Shown piece after piece: positions 39,269-49,086 of a DNA stretch of 64,000 bases; the first letter of the stretch is position 1, and every line of letters begins with the position of its first letter. The notes below the pieces were generated by a model that did not search any database, had not been told where the DNA came from, and saw nothing but the letters and a program-made list of their open reading frames with translations. Where the stretch lies: contig CALOFM010000003.1 of NCBI GenBank assembly GCA_942492625.1, positions 3,659 through 67,658 of the forward strand, read 5' to 3'. The translations under genes and the position numbers were made by a program. This stretch comes from an uncultured Gammaproteobacteria bacterium. GTDB lineage: Bacteria > Pseudomonadota > Gammaproteobacteria > Chromatiales > Chromatiaceae.

Positions 39269-39583
39269 ATGTTCAAAGTTACAGCAGCAGCAGCGGAGCA
39301 GGTCCGCAGTGCCGCGAAACAAGGCGGGACGGGGGGGCTGTCCTTACGTTTGGCAGCCAGCCAGAAGCAGGATGGCTCGATCGATTATCGGATGGGTTTC
39401 GATGATGCGGCCGAGGAGGACATCCGCATGTCTTCTGATGGTATCGACATCGTCATGGCGCCGGAATATGTCCCTCTGTTGGATGACGCGATTATGGATT
39501 TCGCGGAGATCGAGCCGGGGCAGTTCCACTTCATCTTCCTCAATCCGAAGGATGCCAATTACAGCCCTCCGGAAGAGAGTTGA
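39269..39583 (+). CDS. dsrR: DsrR, IscA-like protein without Cys
   Basis: RBS GGAGG; LRLAA..DGSIDYRMGFDD, FIFLNP; position after dsrN. Confidence 0.88.
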   Translation: MFKVTAAAAEQVRSAAKQGGTGGLSLRLAASQKQDGSIDYRMGFDDAAEEDIRMSSDGIDIVMAPEYVPLLDDAIMDFAEIEPGQFHFIFLNPKDANYSPPEES

Positions 39584-39619
39584 CCGACTGATCGACTGCG
39601 GCTGGATGCCGTTTTTAGG

Positions 39620-40750
39620 ATGATCGATCTATCCAGCGAAGACAGCTTCCGTCTCAACGTCCTGCTCGCCAATAAGCCGCGCGCCATTCGCATCGACGAA
39701 TCCAGAATGGTCGTCTGGGGGCTTTCCGAGAAGGGCGAGTCCAAGGTCCCCCTCAATCCCACCGGGCGCCCGGAGCACTATCTACGTGCGGTCAGGGAAC
39801 TGATCTCCGGTCATATTCTGGGCTCTCCCGGCGGCTATCCGATCTACCTGCGGCGCTGGACGCGCATGGGCCAGATGCGGGACGAGAGCCTGGAGCAGCT
39901 CCTGATGCTTGGCGAGCCGGAGGCCGTAGTCGCGGCTGTTTGCTCGCCGGGGCTGACCGACGAGTTGGCCAGATGTGCCTGGTGGGCTATGGAGGACGCG
40001 GAGAACGCGCGGCGCATGCTGGCCAATCCAGCGATAGCCGCTGGGGACATGGGAAAGACGCTGGCCGCCTACCTGGTTGAGTTTCTGCCGTTCGAGACCG
40101 AGACGGAGAAGATGATGGAATCGGTCCGGCTGGTGCTTCAGCCCGGATTGATCGATGACGCGGACCGGTTGACGTTGTGGAAGAAATCGGCGCGCAAGCA
40201 GGCTTACTTGGTGGGTTTTCTTCAGGCATTGCCGGACGACTTGCCGGACCCGGTGACCGCCCGGGGCGATGCCGGGAGCCATAAGCAGGCGCTTGGAAGA
40301 CTGGCGCGGGAAGGCAATCGTTGCGCGTTCATGCTGATGCGCGTGCTGTCCTCGCCTGGGCAGACCTTTCTGCGCACTGTTTCCACCGTGTTGGCGAAGC
40401 CTCCCACGCAGGACGTGGTTCACGCGGCCTTGGACCTGATACGGGACTATTTCTCGCCTATGCGTCCCCAAGGAGACCCGGATGTGTCCATGGACGAGTT
40501 GCTGAGGGATGCGCAGGACTTTGGCCAATCCCCTCATGCCCCTGATGCTGTGCGTACCTGTTGCGGGGCGGTGCCGAGTCTGGCCGCGGAGATCTCCGCC
40601 ATGCGTTTGCTCTCCGGATTGGGCTACGGCGCTCTTCGCCCGGTACTTCGGGACTCTACCGCCATCGGCAGTCTTATGCGCCGCAAGCTGAAACCGGTCT
40701 TGGATCCTCTGGGCGAGCAGATAGGGTTGCTGCAACGAACAAGGGACTAG
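39620..40750 (+). CDS. dsrS: DsrS
   Basis: DLSSEDSFRLNVLLAN, GSPGGYPIYLRRWTRMGQ, AIGSLMRRKL; last gene of the operon. Confidence 0.9.
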   Translation: MIDLSSEDSFRLNVLLANKPRAIRIDESRMVVWGLSEKGESKVPLNPTGRPEHYLRAVRELISGHILGSPGGYPIYLRRWTRMGQMRDESLEQLLMLGEPEAVVAAVCSPGLTDELARCAWWAMEDAENARRMLANPAIAAGDMGKTLAAYLVEFLPFETETEKMMESVRLVLQPGLIDDADRLTLWKKSARKQAYLVGFLQALPDDLPDPVTARGDAGSHKQALGRLAREGNRCAFMLMRVLSSPGQTFLRTVSTVLAKPPTQDVVHAALDLIRDYFSPMRPQGDPDVSMDELLRDAQDFGQSPHAPDAVRTCCGAVPSLAAEISAMRLLSGLGYGALRPVLRDSTAIGSLMRRKLKPVLDPLGEQIGLLQRTRD

Positions 40751-42054
40751 TCCTGCGTTTGTACCACCGGGTTTGCTGGCGCCGAAGGCGGCGGCGCCTC
40801 GATTGGAGACGAGGTTTGCTGTTGGGGTGGCTGCGCGGGAGTCCCGGTCATGCCGCTGGGAGGAGCGGGTGGCGGCTTTTGCTGTGCTTCAGGCGGTGGA
40901 GTGACCGCTGCAGGCGCCGGTGCGGGAATTGATGTTGCCGGTGTGGCAGACGGAGCACTTGTCACACTCGGTGAGGGATAGCTCTGGATCGGCGGAGGCG
41001 CCGCGATCGGTGCGACATGAACCCTAGAGGCCCCCATTCCCATCCCTGTCGCCGACGGAGTTGGCGCGGCGGTTTCCGCCGTGGGTACCGGTGCAGGGGC
41101 CGCGTAAGCCGACGTCGAGGCCGGAACGCCTGCCACGCCTGGAGCCGGCGGTGTCGCCATCGTTGGGGCGGATGGAGCAGGCGCTGTTACCGGGGCGACG
41201 GTCTGCGGAGTTGCCACCACCGTGGGGGCTGCGGCGGGCGCGGCAGCGCTTGGGGGAGCTTCCGGTTGCTGTGAATCGGCGACCGTTCCCGTCGAAATGA
41301 CGGTCGCCCCGGCGGGTGCTTGGGATGGAGCGGGCGTGGTCTTGGCGACTGCTGTCTTGGTGGGCCTGGGCGCGGACCTGCGTTGCTTGGCGAGATAATC
41401 CCCGTAGCTCGGGCCGTTGCCCTTGATGGCCACCTCGGTGCCTATATCCACGTGATTGTAAAGGACGGGCGCGAACTGCTTCGGCATGCGGATGCAGCCG
41501 TGAGATGCGCGATTACCCGGGCGTGGGATAGGACCTGCGTGCAGGCCGATTCCGTCGTTGGTCAGACGCAAGAAATAGGGCATGGGTGCGCCCTTGAAGC
41601 GCCCGCCGACGGGGACGGGGTGGACCCCCATTTTCGCGCCCCTCCTAACCAGCTTGCCGTTCTTATTGTAGATCTTGCCGTAGAGATTTGACTCTTTATT
41701 TTGGACCTTCTCGATAATGGCGAAGCTTCCGGTCGGTGTAGGGTACTTGTGTACGCCGGAGGCCACGGTAGTCCAGCCGACAAGTTCGTCGCCGCTGAAG
41801 AAACGCGCCTTTTGCTCGTTGATGCTGATCTCGATGCGGGAAACGTAATCCTTGCCCCACCACTCGTAGAGCTTCGAGGGTGGTGGGGGCTTCATGGGCT
41901 TCGGTGGCGGCTTTTTTTGCGCAACGGGCTCGGGCTCCGGTGCGGGCCCCGGCTCCGTTGGATTGAGATGAGCGCAGGACGAGAGCATGGCCGCGATTGC
42001 GACCGCGGCCAGCGCGCGTGTCCACGCGGGAGTCAGGATTGCGTTCAGGTTCAT
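40747..42054 (-). CDS. L,D-transpeptidase (YkuD) lipoprotein with Pro/Ala/Thr-rich tail
   Basis: Lipobox LSSC; TPTGSF, MPYFLRL, GLHAG...ASHGCIRM. Confidence 0.9.
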   Translation of the reverse strand: MNLNAILTPAWTRALAAVAIAAMLSSCAHLNPTEPGPAPEPEPVAQKKPPPKPMKPPPPSKLYEWWGKDYVSRIEISINEQKARFFSGDELVGWTTVASGVHKYPTPTGSFAIIEKVQNKESNLYGKIYNKNGKLVRRGAKMGVHPVPVGGRFKGAPMPYFLRLTNDGIGLHAGPIPRPGNRASHGCIRMPKQFAPVLYNHVDIGTEVAIKGNGPSYGDYLAKQRRSAPRPTKTAVAKTTPAPSQAPAGATVISTGTVADSQQPEAPPSAAAPAAAPTVVATPQTVAPVTAPAPSAPTMATPPAPGVAGVPASTSAYAAPAPVPTAETAAPTPSATGMGMGASRVHVAPIAAPPPIQSYPSPSVTSAPSATPATSIPAPAPAAVTPPPEAQQKPPPAPPSGMTGTPAQPPQQQTSSPIEAPPPSAPANPVVQTQD

Positions 42055-42292
42055 GGGTGATCCGAATTCTTGGCGAAACGAATATTCTACAGATTTCCGC
42101 GGGTTGCGACTAATTGGGAATAGGTGTTGAACAGCTGGAGGGGGCGGCGAGGGTGTCTTCACCCCTTGGCTCTTCGAACCCGGGATAGGGCCACAGCGGC
42201 GCCTGGGACTTGATCGTCCCGGCGCGGCGCCCGGCAGGTGGCTCCGTACTCTCGACGAAGCCTATTGCACGCGTTGCACGCGCGCCCGAGAC

Positions 42293-43177
42293 TCAAACGG
42301 TGTGAATGAAGTAGGCTCGCCGCGTAGTCCTCAGCTTTTCTTCGAACTCGCGGATGTCGGATTCTATCAGTGCGACTATGGTCTCTTCGTCCTTTTTCTC
42401 TTCCACGAGTCGCTGCTGCCTGCGTTGCAATGGCTCAAGCACGCGTCTACGGCGCGCTTCAGCGAAATCGACGATGTTGGATCCCTCGCTCCGGGTGCTG
42501 CCTTGCCCCGGCTGGCGTCCGCCTGAGATTGCCTCGATTCGCCGATCGAGCATTCTGATTTTGGCCTCGATTGCACCGATCTTCTCGCAGAGGTCCTTGC
42601 GTATGGAGAACAGATTCTCCACGCCCGCCTCCGCCCAATCCTGGATCTCGACGAAGAACGCCCGGTTCAGCGCCTGTTTGGCTTCGACCGCATCGGGAAT
42701 CGAGAGAATGTGCTCATAAACCGCCTTCCAGCCGTTCTTCCGGGTCCGAAACAGGTGGCTCATGTAGCAGAATAGCTGCCCCACCGCTTCGCTGTAATCG
42801 TAGCCCGGATACGCTCGGCTGATGGTTTCGATCAGATGTGCGTAAGAATCGGCGGTGGTGGTGAACGCGTCGCCGGCCCGTTGTCCGAAACCTTGCGCGT
42901 AGATCTTGGTCAGGCGCTCGACGATCCAGCGGTAGTCCCCGCTGGTAAGCTCTGAAGATCCGGAACGGATATCGGCGGCCAGAAGCAGCAAGGTGTCCTC
43001 GATCTCGCCAGAATCAATGGCTGTGTCCGGCCCGGAAAGCTGGGATCCGAGTCGATTCAGACGTTCTTCGATGAGGCTTCCGGACTGACCGGAGAGATGC
43101 CCCGAGCCCCGGTCCTTACGCAAAGACGGGAGATTTGGTATCCGCCCTTGTTCGACCTGTGTTTTCCGATAAGACAT
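42293..43177 (-). CDS. Hypothetical coiled-coil protein
   Basis: 294-aa ORF with heptad-rich C-terminus; no recognised motif. Confidence 0.7.
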   Translation of the reverse strand: MSYRKTQVEQGRIPNLPSLRKDRGSGHLSGQSGSLIEERLNRLGSQLSGPDTAIDSGEIEDTLLLLAADIRSGSSELTSGDYRWIVERLTKIYAQGFGQRAGDAFTTTADSYAHLIETISRAYPGYDYSEAVGQLFCYMSHLFRTRKNGWKAVYEHILSIPDAVEAKQALNRAFFVEIQDWAEAGVENLFSIRKDLCEKIGAIEAKIRMLDRRIEAISGGRQPGQGSTRSEGSNIVDFAEARRRRVLEPLQRRQQRLVEEKKDEETIVALIESDIREFEEKLRTTRRAYFIHTV

Positions 43178-43436
43178 GAATTTGTACCGTTGCAGTCCGG
43201 GTTTGCGGCCGGGGATGTCCTGTCGGCTTCCGCTTTACTTGGCGTCAGTGCGGAAGCAGGTCGAGAATTGACACCTGAGAGCCGTTTCACCCGCCGGGCT
43301 GCGGTTGAGCTATAAACTGCGAGCATTAGAACATAAGACTTCTCTAAAATACAGTAACTGGATCACACTTCTCCGGGCACTCGCCGGGTAAGGATATCGC
43401 CTCTATCCGATAACGGACGGAGGTGGCGACGGGTCT

Positions 43437-45647
43437 TCAACGCAAGCTTGCCCGATGGGTGATTTTCCAGCAGCTATGGATGCGGGGACTGCGCCCGAAG
43501 TCCCTGGGTAAAGTGGCTTTGGAGATGTCCTCAAGCTCCAAGTCCTGCAGGGCCTGCGTGTCCATGCGGAAGCTGCGCAGGTTGTTGGAGAAGATCAGAA
43601 TGCCGTCCGGGGCGAGCAGCTCCACCGTTCTGCGCAGCAGGGCGCCATGATCCCGCTGCACGTCCAGTGTGCCCTCCATGCGCTTGGAGGTGGAAAAGCT
43701 CGGCGGGTCGATGAAGATCAGTCCGTAGCGCCCTTCATTCCGTCTCTGCGCGAGCCATCTCCTGCAGTCGTCTTGGATCAGCTCGTGCATCGGGCCGTCG
43801 AGGCCGTTCAACGCAAGATTCCGTTGCGCCCACTGCAGGTAGGTTCGTGACAAGTCCACCGTCGTGGTCGAGAGCGCTCCGCCCGCGGCGGCATAGACGC
43901 TCGCCGTTCCCGTGTAGGCGAAGAGATTGAGAAAACGCCTGCCGGCCGCCAGCTTGCCAAGCAGTTGCCTCGTGTCGCGATGATCCAGAAAGAGGCCGGT
44001 GTCCAGGTAATCCTCGAAGTTCACCAGAAAGCGCAGCCCGCCCTCGGATACCTGGTGATATCTTCCACTGCTGCCTTGCCGCTCATACTGGGCGCGACCC
44101 TTCTGACGCTGGCGGACTTTGAAGAACAGCTTGTCGTCGGGGACCTCGAGGACCTCAGGAATCACGCTCAGGGCTTCGCGCAGGCGCCGGCGGGCCCGCT
44201 TCGGGTCGACGCTCTTCGGAGCTGCGTACTCCTGGACGTGAATCCATTTCTCTTCGCCCTCGTAGATGTCGACCGCGAGGGCGTATTCGGGCAGATCGGC
44301 GTCGTAAAGCCGGTAACAATGGATTTGCTTCTGCCTGCGCCACTTCGCGAGGTTCTTGAGGTTCTTCGCCAGCCGGTTGGCAAGCATCCGTGCACCTTCG
44401 CCGCGCTCGTCCGGTGGCATGGGGCGCGGACGGTTTGAGACGAAGGCGCCCGGCGCAACGTCGAAATGCAGCAGACGGCACTCGATGGGCCCGTTGTAGA
44501 GGCTGTGAATCTTATAGGCCCGCAGGCCCATGTGCTTTCCGAGCTCCGGGTTGCCGGTGAGAACGGCGGAGTGCCAGCCGAGGAAACGCTCCTTGAGCAA
44601 GCTGCCCAACCTGGAGTAGAGCAGAGGAAGATCCGAGCACGTGCCCAACCGCTCGCCGTAGGGCGGATTGACCACAACCAAGCCGCGGTCTGCGTCTCTT
44701 GCGGGTGTGCAATCCGCGAGCTCGCGCCGCTCGAAGTGCAGGCGTCCGGCCAGCCCTGCACGTTCCAGGTGCACGAGGGCGATGCGCACGGCCTGCGGGT
44801 TCTGGTCGTAGCCGCGAATCGAGCCCAATCGGTCGAGCCCCACGGCGCGCCGCTCCCTGGCCTCCGAGATCAATCGGTTCCAAATGGCGGGTTGGTGCTG
44901 ACTCCAGCCGAGAAAGCCCCAGTAGGGATGGAGCAGGCCGGGCGCGATGTCCGCCGAGATCAGCGCTCCCTCGATAGGCAGGGTCCCGGATCCGCACATG
45001 GGATCGAGCAACGCGCCACCTTCGGACGCGATCCGGGGCCAACCCGCACGCAGCAGGATTGCCGCCGCTAGGTTTTCCTTTATCGGGGCGGCAGACCCCT
45101 GCTCACGGTAGCCCCGGCGGTGCAGGGATTCTCCCGAGAGATCCAGGCTCACGGTTGCCTGGTCGCGGTGAAGGTATATCTGAATCTGCAGGTCCGGCCG
45201 CTGGACGCGCACATCGGGGCGGGTACCGGTCCGTTCGCGAAACCGGTCTACGATGGCGTCCTTGCTCTTGAGTGCGCCGAATCGGCTGTGGTTGATCTGC
45301 GATTGTGCTGAGTCCAGGTGCACGGCGAGACATCGCCCCCGGCCCAGGTGCTCTTCCCAGGGGATGGCCTTGACGCCCTCGTAAAGCGCCTCGGGAGTAG
45401 GTGCGGGGAAGCGCGCCAGCGGCATGAGCACGCGGTTCGCCACCCGAGACCAGAGGCAGGCGCGGTAGGCGTCCGCGAGCGTGCATTCGAGCTCGACACC
45501 GGAGCGGGTTTCTTTGGCGTTAACGATACCCAGGCCGCGCAACTCATCTGCGAGGAGGGCTTCCATATGCCTGGCGGCGGTGGCGAAGAAGGGGAGTGGG
45601 GTCAACGCGGTTGGGCAAGGGCTATGCTCGAATGTGCTGTACAGCAT
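43437..45647 (-). CDS. rlmL: Bifunctional 23S rRNA methyltransferase RlmKL (exact start uncertain)
   Basis: THUMP domain, SLHRRGYR, APIKENLAAA, DPMCGSGT, NPPYGERL, DYLDTGLFLDHR, LNLFAYTG, DPPSFS. Confidence 0.95.
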   Translation of the reverse strand: MLYSTFEHSPCPTALTPLPFFATAARHMEALLADELRGLGIVNAKETRSGVELECTLADAYRACLWSRVANRVLMPLARFPAPTPEALYEGVKAIPWEEHLGRGRCLAVHLDSAQSQINHSRFGALKSKDAIVDRFRERTGTRPDVRVQRPDLQIQIYLHRDQATVSLDLSGESLHRRGYREQGSAAPIKENLAAAILLRAGWPRIASEGGALLDPMCGSGTLPIEGALISADIAPGLLHPYWGFLGWSQHQPAIWNRLISEARERRAVGLDRLGSIRGYDQNPQAVRIALVHLERAGLAGRLHFERRELADCTPARDADRGLVVVNPPYGERLGTCSDLPLLYSRLGSLLKERFLGWHSAVLTGNPELGKHMGLRAYKIHSLYNGPIECRLLHFDVAPGAFVSNRPRPMPPDERGEGARMLANRLAKNLKNLAKWRRQKQIHCYRLYDADLPEYALAVDIYEGEEKWIHVQEYAAPKSVDPKRARRRLREALSVIPEVLEVPDDKLFFKVRQRQKGRAQYERQGSSGRYHQVSEGGLRFLVNFEDYLDTGLFLDHRDTRQLLGKLAAGRRFLNLFAYTGTASVYAAAGGALSTTTVDLSRTYLQWAQRNLALNGLDGPMHELIQDDCRRWLAQRRNEGRYGLIFIDPPSFSTSKRMEGTLDVQRDHGALLRRTVELLAPDGILIFSNNLRSFRMDTQALQDLELEDISKATLPRDFGRSPRIHSCWKITHRASLR

Positions 45648-45705
45648 AGCCGAGGAGGCGCTCTGGTGGACATCGTTGTCATCGCGGATCGAGGCGTTGG
45701 TTCCA

Positions 45706-45735
45706 CTCCGCGTTCTCTGTGTCTGTGCGGTTCAA
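45706..45735. repeat. Short dispersed 9-bp-periodic repeat
   Basis: Reverse complement TTGAACCGCACAGACACAGAGAACGCGGAG has the same architecture as 13832-13863 and 60832-60860. Confidence 0.4.
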
Positions 45736-45867
45736 CTGCGCTTTTCGGGATTCGCGGCCAGCTGCGGTCTCAGAGCAATGACCCGTTGCGAGCGTTGAGC
45801 TCGGCCGGCTACAGATCTCCTCGGGCGCGATGACGCATAATACGGCTGGGGAACATCAGGGGGAGGC

Positions 45868-48800
45868 ATGCTCAACGTCTACCACAGCAACCGTCTCGAA
45901 GCCCTCGTAAATGAGTTGGAGCGGGTCACGGCTGCACAGCCAGTGGATCCCTTTCGCCCCGAAACCATCGTGCTTCAGAACCAGGGTATGGCCCGGTGGG
46001 TCTCGCAACAATTGGCGCAGCTCACCGGCATCAGCGCTCGTCTTGAGTTTCCGTTGCCGGCGAGCTTCCTGTGGCAAGTGCTGGAGGCTTGGCTTCCGGA
46101 TGCAGCCGGGGCAAGCGGTTTCGACAAGGGGGCGCTGCTTTGGCGGGTGCGCAAGCTTCTCCCGGACCTTCTGGAGCTACCGGGCTTCGAGCCGCTGGAT
46201 CGCTATCTCGGCGACGATACCTCTGGCCTGAAGCTGTTCCAGCTTGCTCAACGCATCGCCGATCTGTTCGATCAATATCTGGTCTTTCGTCCCGACCTTG
46301 TCCTGCGTTGGGAGCAGGGGGGCGTCGATCATTGGCAAGCGGTGCTCTGGCGCACCCTCTGCAGTGACGGCGGTCATGCCCATCGCGCGCGGCTGCTCTC
46401 CGAGCTGGAGGGGGCGATGGCGCGGGAAGCACCGCTTCCCGGCAAGCTGCCCGAGCGAGTGAGCCTGTTCGGGTTGAGCGCGTTGGCGCCTGTCTACGTC
46501 CGCGTGCTCGGCGCGCTCGCGCGCCACCTGCCGGTGCATATCTTCTTCCTCAATCCTTGCCGGGAGTATTGGTCCGACCTGGTCGATGAGGTGGGCCAGG
46601 CGCGCCGCCGGGCGCGGGCACACCGGGCAGGTGAGGTAGATCCCACTGGGCTTCTGGATCTGGGTAACCCGCTGCTTGCCTCGTTTGGGCACGCGGGACA
46701 GGTGTTTCTCGACCAAGTGTTGGAGCTCGGTGGCATCGACCACGACCGCTTTCGGGCACCGGACGGCGGTCGGCTTCTCCACCTCGTGCAGCGAGACCTG
46801 TTGGAGCTCAAGGACCCGCGCGAGGAGGGCGGCTTTCACCTGGTCGCCGACGACGATCCCTCGATCCAGCTACACAGTACCCACGGTCCGATGCGGGAGA
46901 TCCAGGTGCTGCATGACCGCTTGTTGCACCTGTTCGAGAGCCTCGATGGCCTGGAGCCGAGGGACATTATCGTCATGGCTCCCGATATCGACCGCTACGC
47001 CCCTTACGTGGAGGCGGTTTTCGGCGCGGCCGAGGAGCCTCGGCGCATACCCTGGTCCGTCTCCGACCGTCGTATCGGTTCGGAGCAACCGGTGCTGGAG
47101 GCATTGAACATCTTGCTTGCCTTGCCTCGCAGCCGGTTCGAGGCCAGCGAGCTCCTTTCGCTGCTGGAGGTCGCCGCTGTGCGAAGGCGCCTCGATCTCG
47201 ACGATACGGGTTTGGAGCGCATCCGCACCTGGGTGCGTGAGAGCGGGGTGCGTTGGGGTGAGGACGCAGCCATGCGTGTGGACCTGGGTTTGCCGAACGA
47301 GGCGGCAAACACCTGGGATTTCGGTCTCGGGCGTTTGTTCCTCGGGTACGCATTGCCCCCGGATCCGGATGCCGACCCCTACTCGGGCATTTTGCCTTAT
47401 GTGGACGTCGAAGGCAGCGAGGTCGAGTATCTGGGGCGTATTCAGGCATTCCTCGATCTCATGAGCGCTTGGCGCAGGCGTCTCGCCGCGCCAAGGAGCC
47501 TGCCCGAATGGCGCTCTTCTGTCAGCGAGCTGTTGACCGCGGTCTTCGAACCGGACGACAACGAGGATGCCAGGCTGCAGCGGGTACGGGACGGTCTCGG
47601 CGAGCTCGTGTCGCAGGCCGAAGCGGCCGGTTTCGACCAGTCCGTTTCGCTGGACGTGCTGCGTGCCTTGCTCCAGGGTCTGCTCGCAGACACGGGTGGT
47701 GCCCAACGCTTCCTGACCGGTCGCGTCAGCTTCTGCAACATGGTGCCCATGCGCAGCATTCCGTTTCGCGTGGTATGCCTGATCGGCGTGAACGGCGCCG
47801 ACTTCCCGCGCAGTCAGAGCCCGTTTTCGTTCGATCTGATGGCTCAGCATCCGCGCCGGGGCGATCGCTCCCGGCGGCGCGACGACCGTTACCTGTTCCT
47901 GGAGGCCCTGTTGTCGGCCCGCGACGTCCTGTACCTGAGCTGGGTCGGCAACGACGAGCGCGACAACAGCGTAAAGGTGCCCTCGGTAGTCATCGATGAG
48001 CTGCTCGATTACCTGCGCCTGGGTTACCGGCGCGCGGACGGCTCGGCTCCGGTCGAGCACCTATTGCTGCATCATCCGCTGCAGCCCTTCAGCCGCTCCT
48101 ATTTCGACCAAAGTGACGAGCGCCTGTTCAGCTACGCCAGCACCTGGCTGGACGCGGCCTTGGCCGAGATGAGCCCACAGATCCCGCCTTTCTGCGACGC
48201 CGCCCTCGAAGCGCCGGAGGATGAATTCCGGACACTGGATACCGAAGAGTTGATCCGTTTTCTGCGCAATCCCGCCCAGCTCTTTTTGACCAGGCGTCTC
48301 GGGTTGAGATTGCCCGATGAGGCGGAAGTCCTGGAGGATACGGAGCCTTTCGATGCGGACAAGCTCGAAGCGTACCGGCTCCGACAGTCGCTGCTAGAAG
48401 GGCTCCTGAAAGGCCGGGACCGGGATTCCATGCTGGCACGATCTCGGGGCGAGGGGGGGCTGCCTCACGGTGCCCCCGGCGAGCTGCTGTTCGACGAGCA
48501 GCTCCAGGAAGCGGTACCCTTCGTGCAGCGTCTCCAGGGGCGGTTGTCCGATGAGCTGGAACCCATTGAGGTGGATGTGCGGCTATTGGATTTCCGCTTG
48601 CAGGGTCAGCTGGGCAATCTGCAACCTACAGGTCTCGTGAGCTATCGATTTGGTAAGCTCTCCGCCAAGGACCGCCTGCGTGCCTGGATGCATCATCTGT
48701 TGATGAACCTGCTCAAGCCTAAAGGGGTCGATCCGCTGAGCACCTACGTTGCCAAGGATTTTACTTTGACCCTCTCGCCGGTTGAGAACGCCGCGGAGCT

Positions 48801-49086
48801 GCTTGCGGACCTGCTTGAGCTGCGCTGGAAGGGCCTGCGCGAGCCCTTGGCATTCTTCCCCGAGAGCGCCTTGGCATGGGTCCAGAAGAAGGAGTACGGT
48901 AGTGGCTTCTACCAAGCCTGGTCCGGTCGCTACAACCCCGCCCCGGAATCCGCGCAGGTCGCGATGCGCATCGCCTTCCGCGGGCGTGATCCCATCGGCA
49001 GGGACTTCGAAGACCTGGCCGTGCGCATTTTGCAGCCGATGCTGGACCACTCCGATGTCCAGAAGGCGGAGAAGGACCTGACATGA
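45868..49086 (+). CDS. recC: Exodeoxyribonuclease V gamma subunit
   Basis: YHSNRLE, ADLFDQYLVFRP, NPCREYW, GNPLLAS, PMRSIPF, HPLQPFS. Confidence 0.97.
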   Translation: MLNVYHSNRLEALVNELERVTAAQPVDPFRPETIVLQNQGMARWVSQQLAQLTGISARLEFPLPASFLWQVLEAWLPDAAGASGFDKGALLWRVRKLLPDLLELPGFEPLDRYLGDDTSGLKLFQLAQRIADLFDQYLVFRPDLVLRWEQGGVDHWQAVLWRTLCSDGGHAHRARLLSELEGAMAREAPLPGKLPERVSLFGLSALAPVYVRVLGALARHLPVHIFFLNPCREYWSDLVDEVGQARRRARAHRAGEVDPTGLLDLGNPLLASFGHAGQVFLDQVLELGGIDHDRFRAPDGGRLLHLVQRDLLELKDPREEGGFHLVADDDPSIQLHSTHGPMREIQVLHDRLLHLFESLDGLEPRDIIVMAPDIDRYAPYVEAVFGAAEEPRRIPWSVSDRRIGSEQPVLEALNILLALPRSRFEASELLSLLEVAAVRRRLDLDDTGLERIRTWVRESGVRWGEDAAMRVDLGLPNEAANTWDFGLGRLFLGYALPPDPDADPYSGILPYVDVEGSEVEYLGRIQAFLDLMSAWRRRLAAPRSLPEWRSSVSELLTAVFEPDDNEDARLQRVRDGLGELVSQAEAAGFDQSVSLDVLRALLQGLLADTGGAQRFLTGRVSFCNMVPMRSIPFRVVCLIGVNGADFPRSQSPFSFDLMAQHPRRGDRSRRRDDRYLFLEALLSARDVLYLSWVGNDERDNSVKVPSVVIDELLDYLRLGYRRADGSAPVEHLLLHHPLQPFSRSYFDQSDERLFSYASTWLDAALAEMSPQIPPFCDAALEAPEDEFRTLDTEELIRFLRNPAQLFLTRRLGLRLPDEAEVLEDTEPFDADKLEAYRLRQSLLEGLLKGRDRDSMLARSRGEGGLPHGAPGELLFDEQLQEAVPFVQRLQGRLSDELEPIEVDVRLLDFRLQGQLGNLQPTGLVSYRFGKLSAKDRLRAWMHHLLMNLLKPKGVDPLSTYVAKDFTLTLSPVENAAELLADLLELRWKGLREPLAFFPESALAWVQKKEYGSGFYQAWSGRYNPAPESAQVAMRIAFRGRDPIGRDFEDLAVRILQPMLDHSDVQKAEKDLT

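Noticed and set aside
39269-39583. Cys-less IscA-like protein as a novelty
   Set aside because: This is the known property of DsrR.
40747-41360. Pro/Ala/Thr-rich tail of the L,D-transpeptidase
   Set aside because: Ordinary low-complexity disordered region with no exact repeats.
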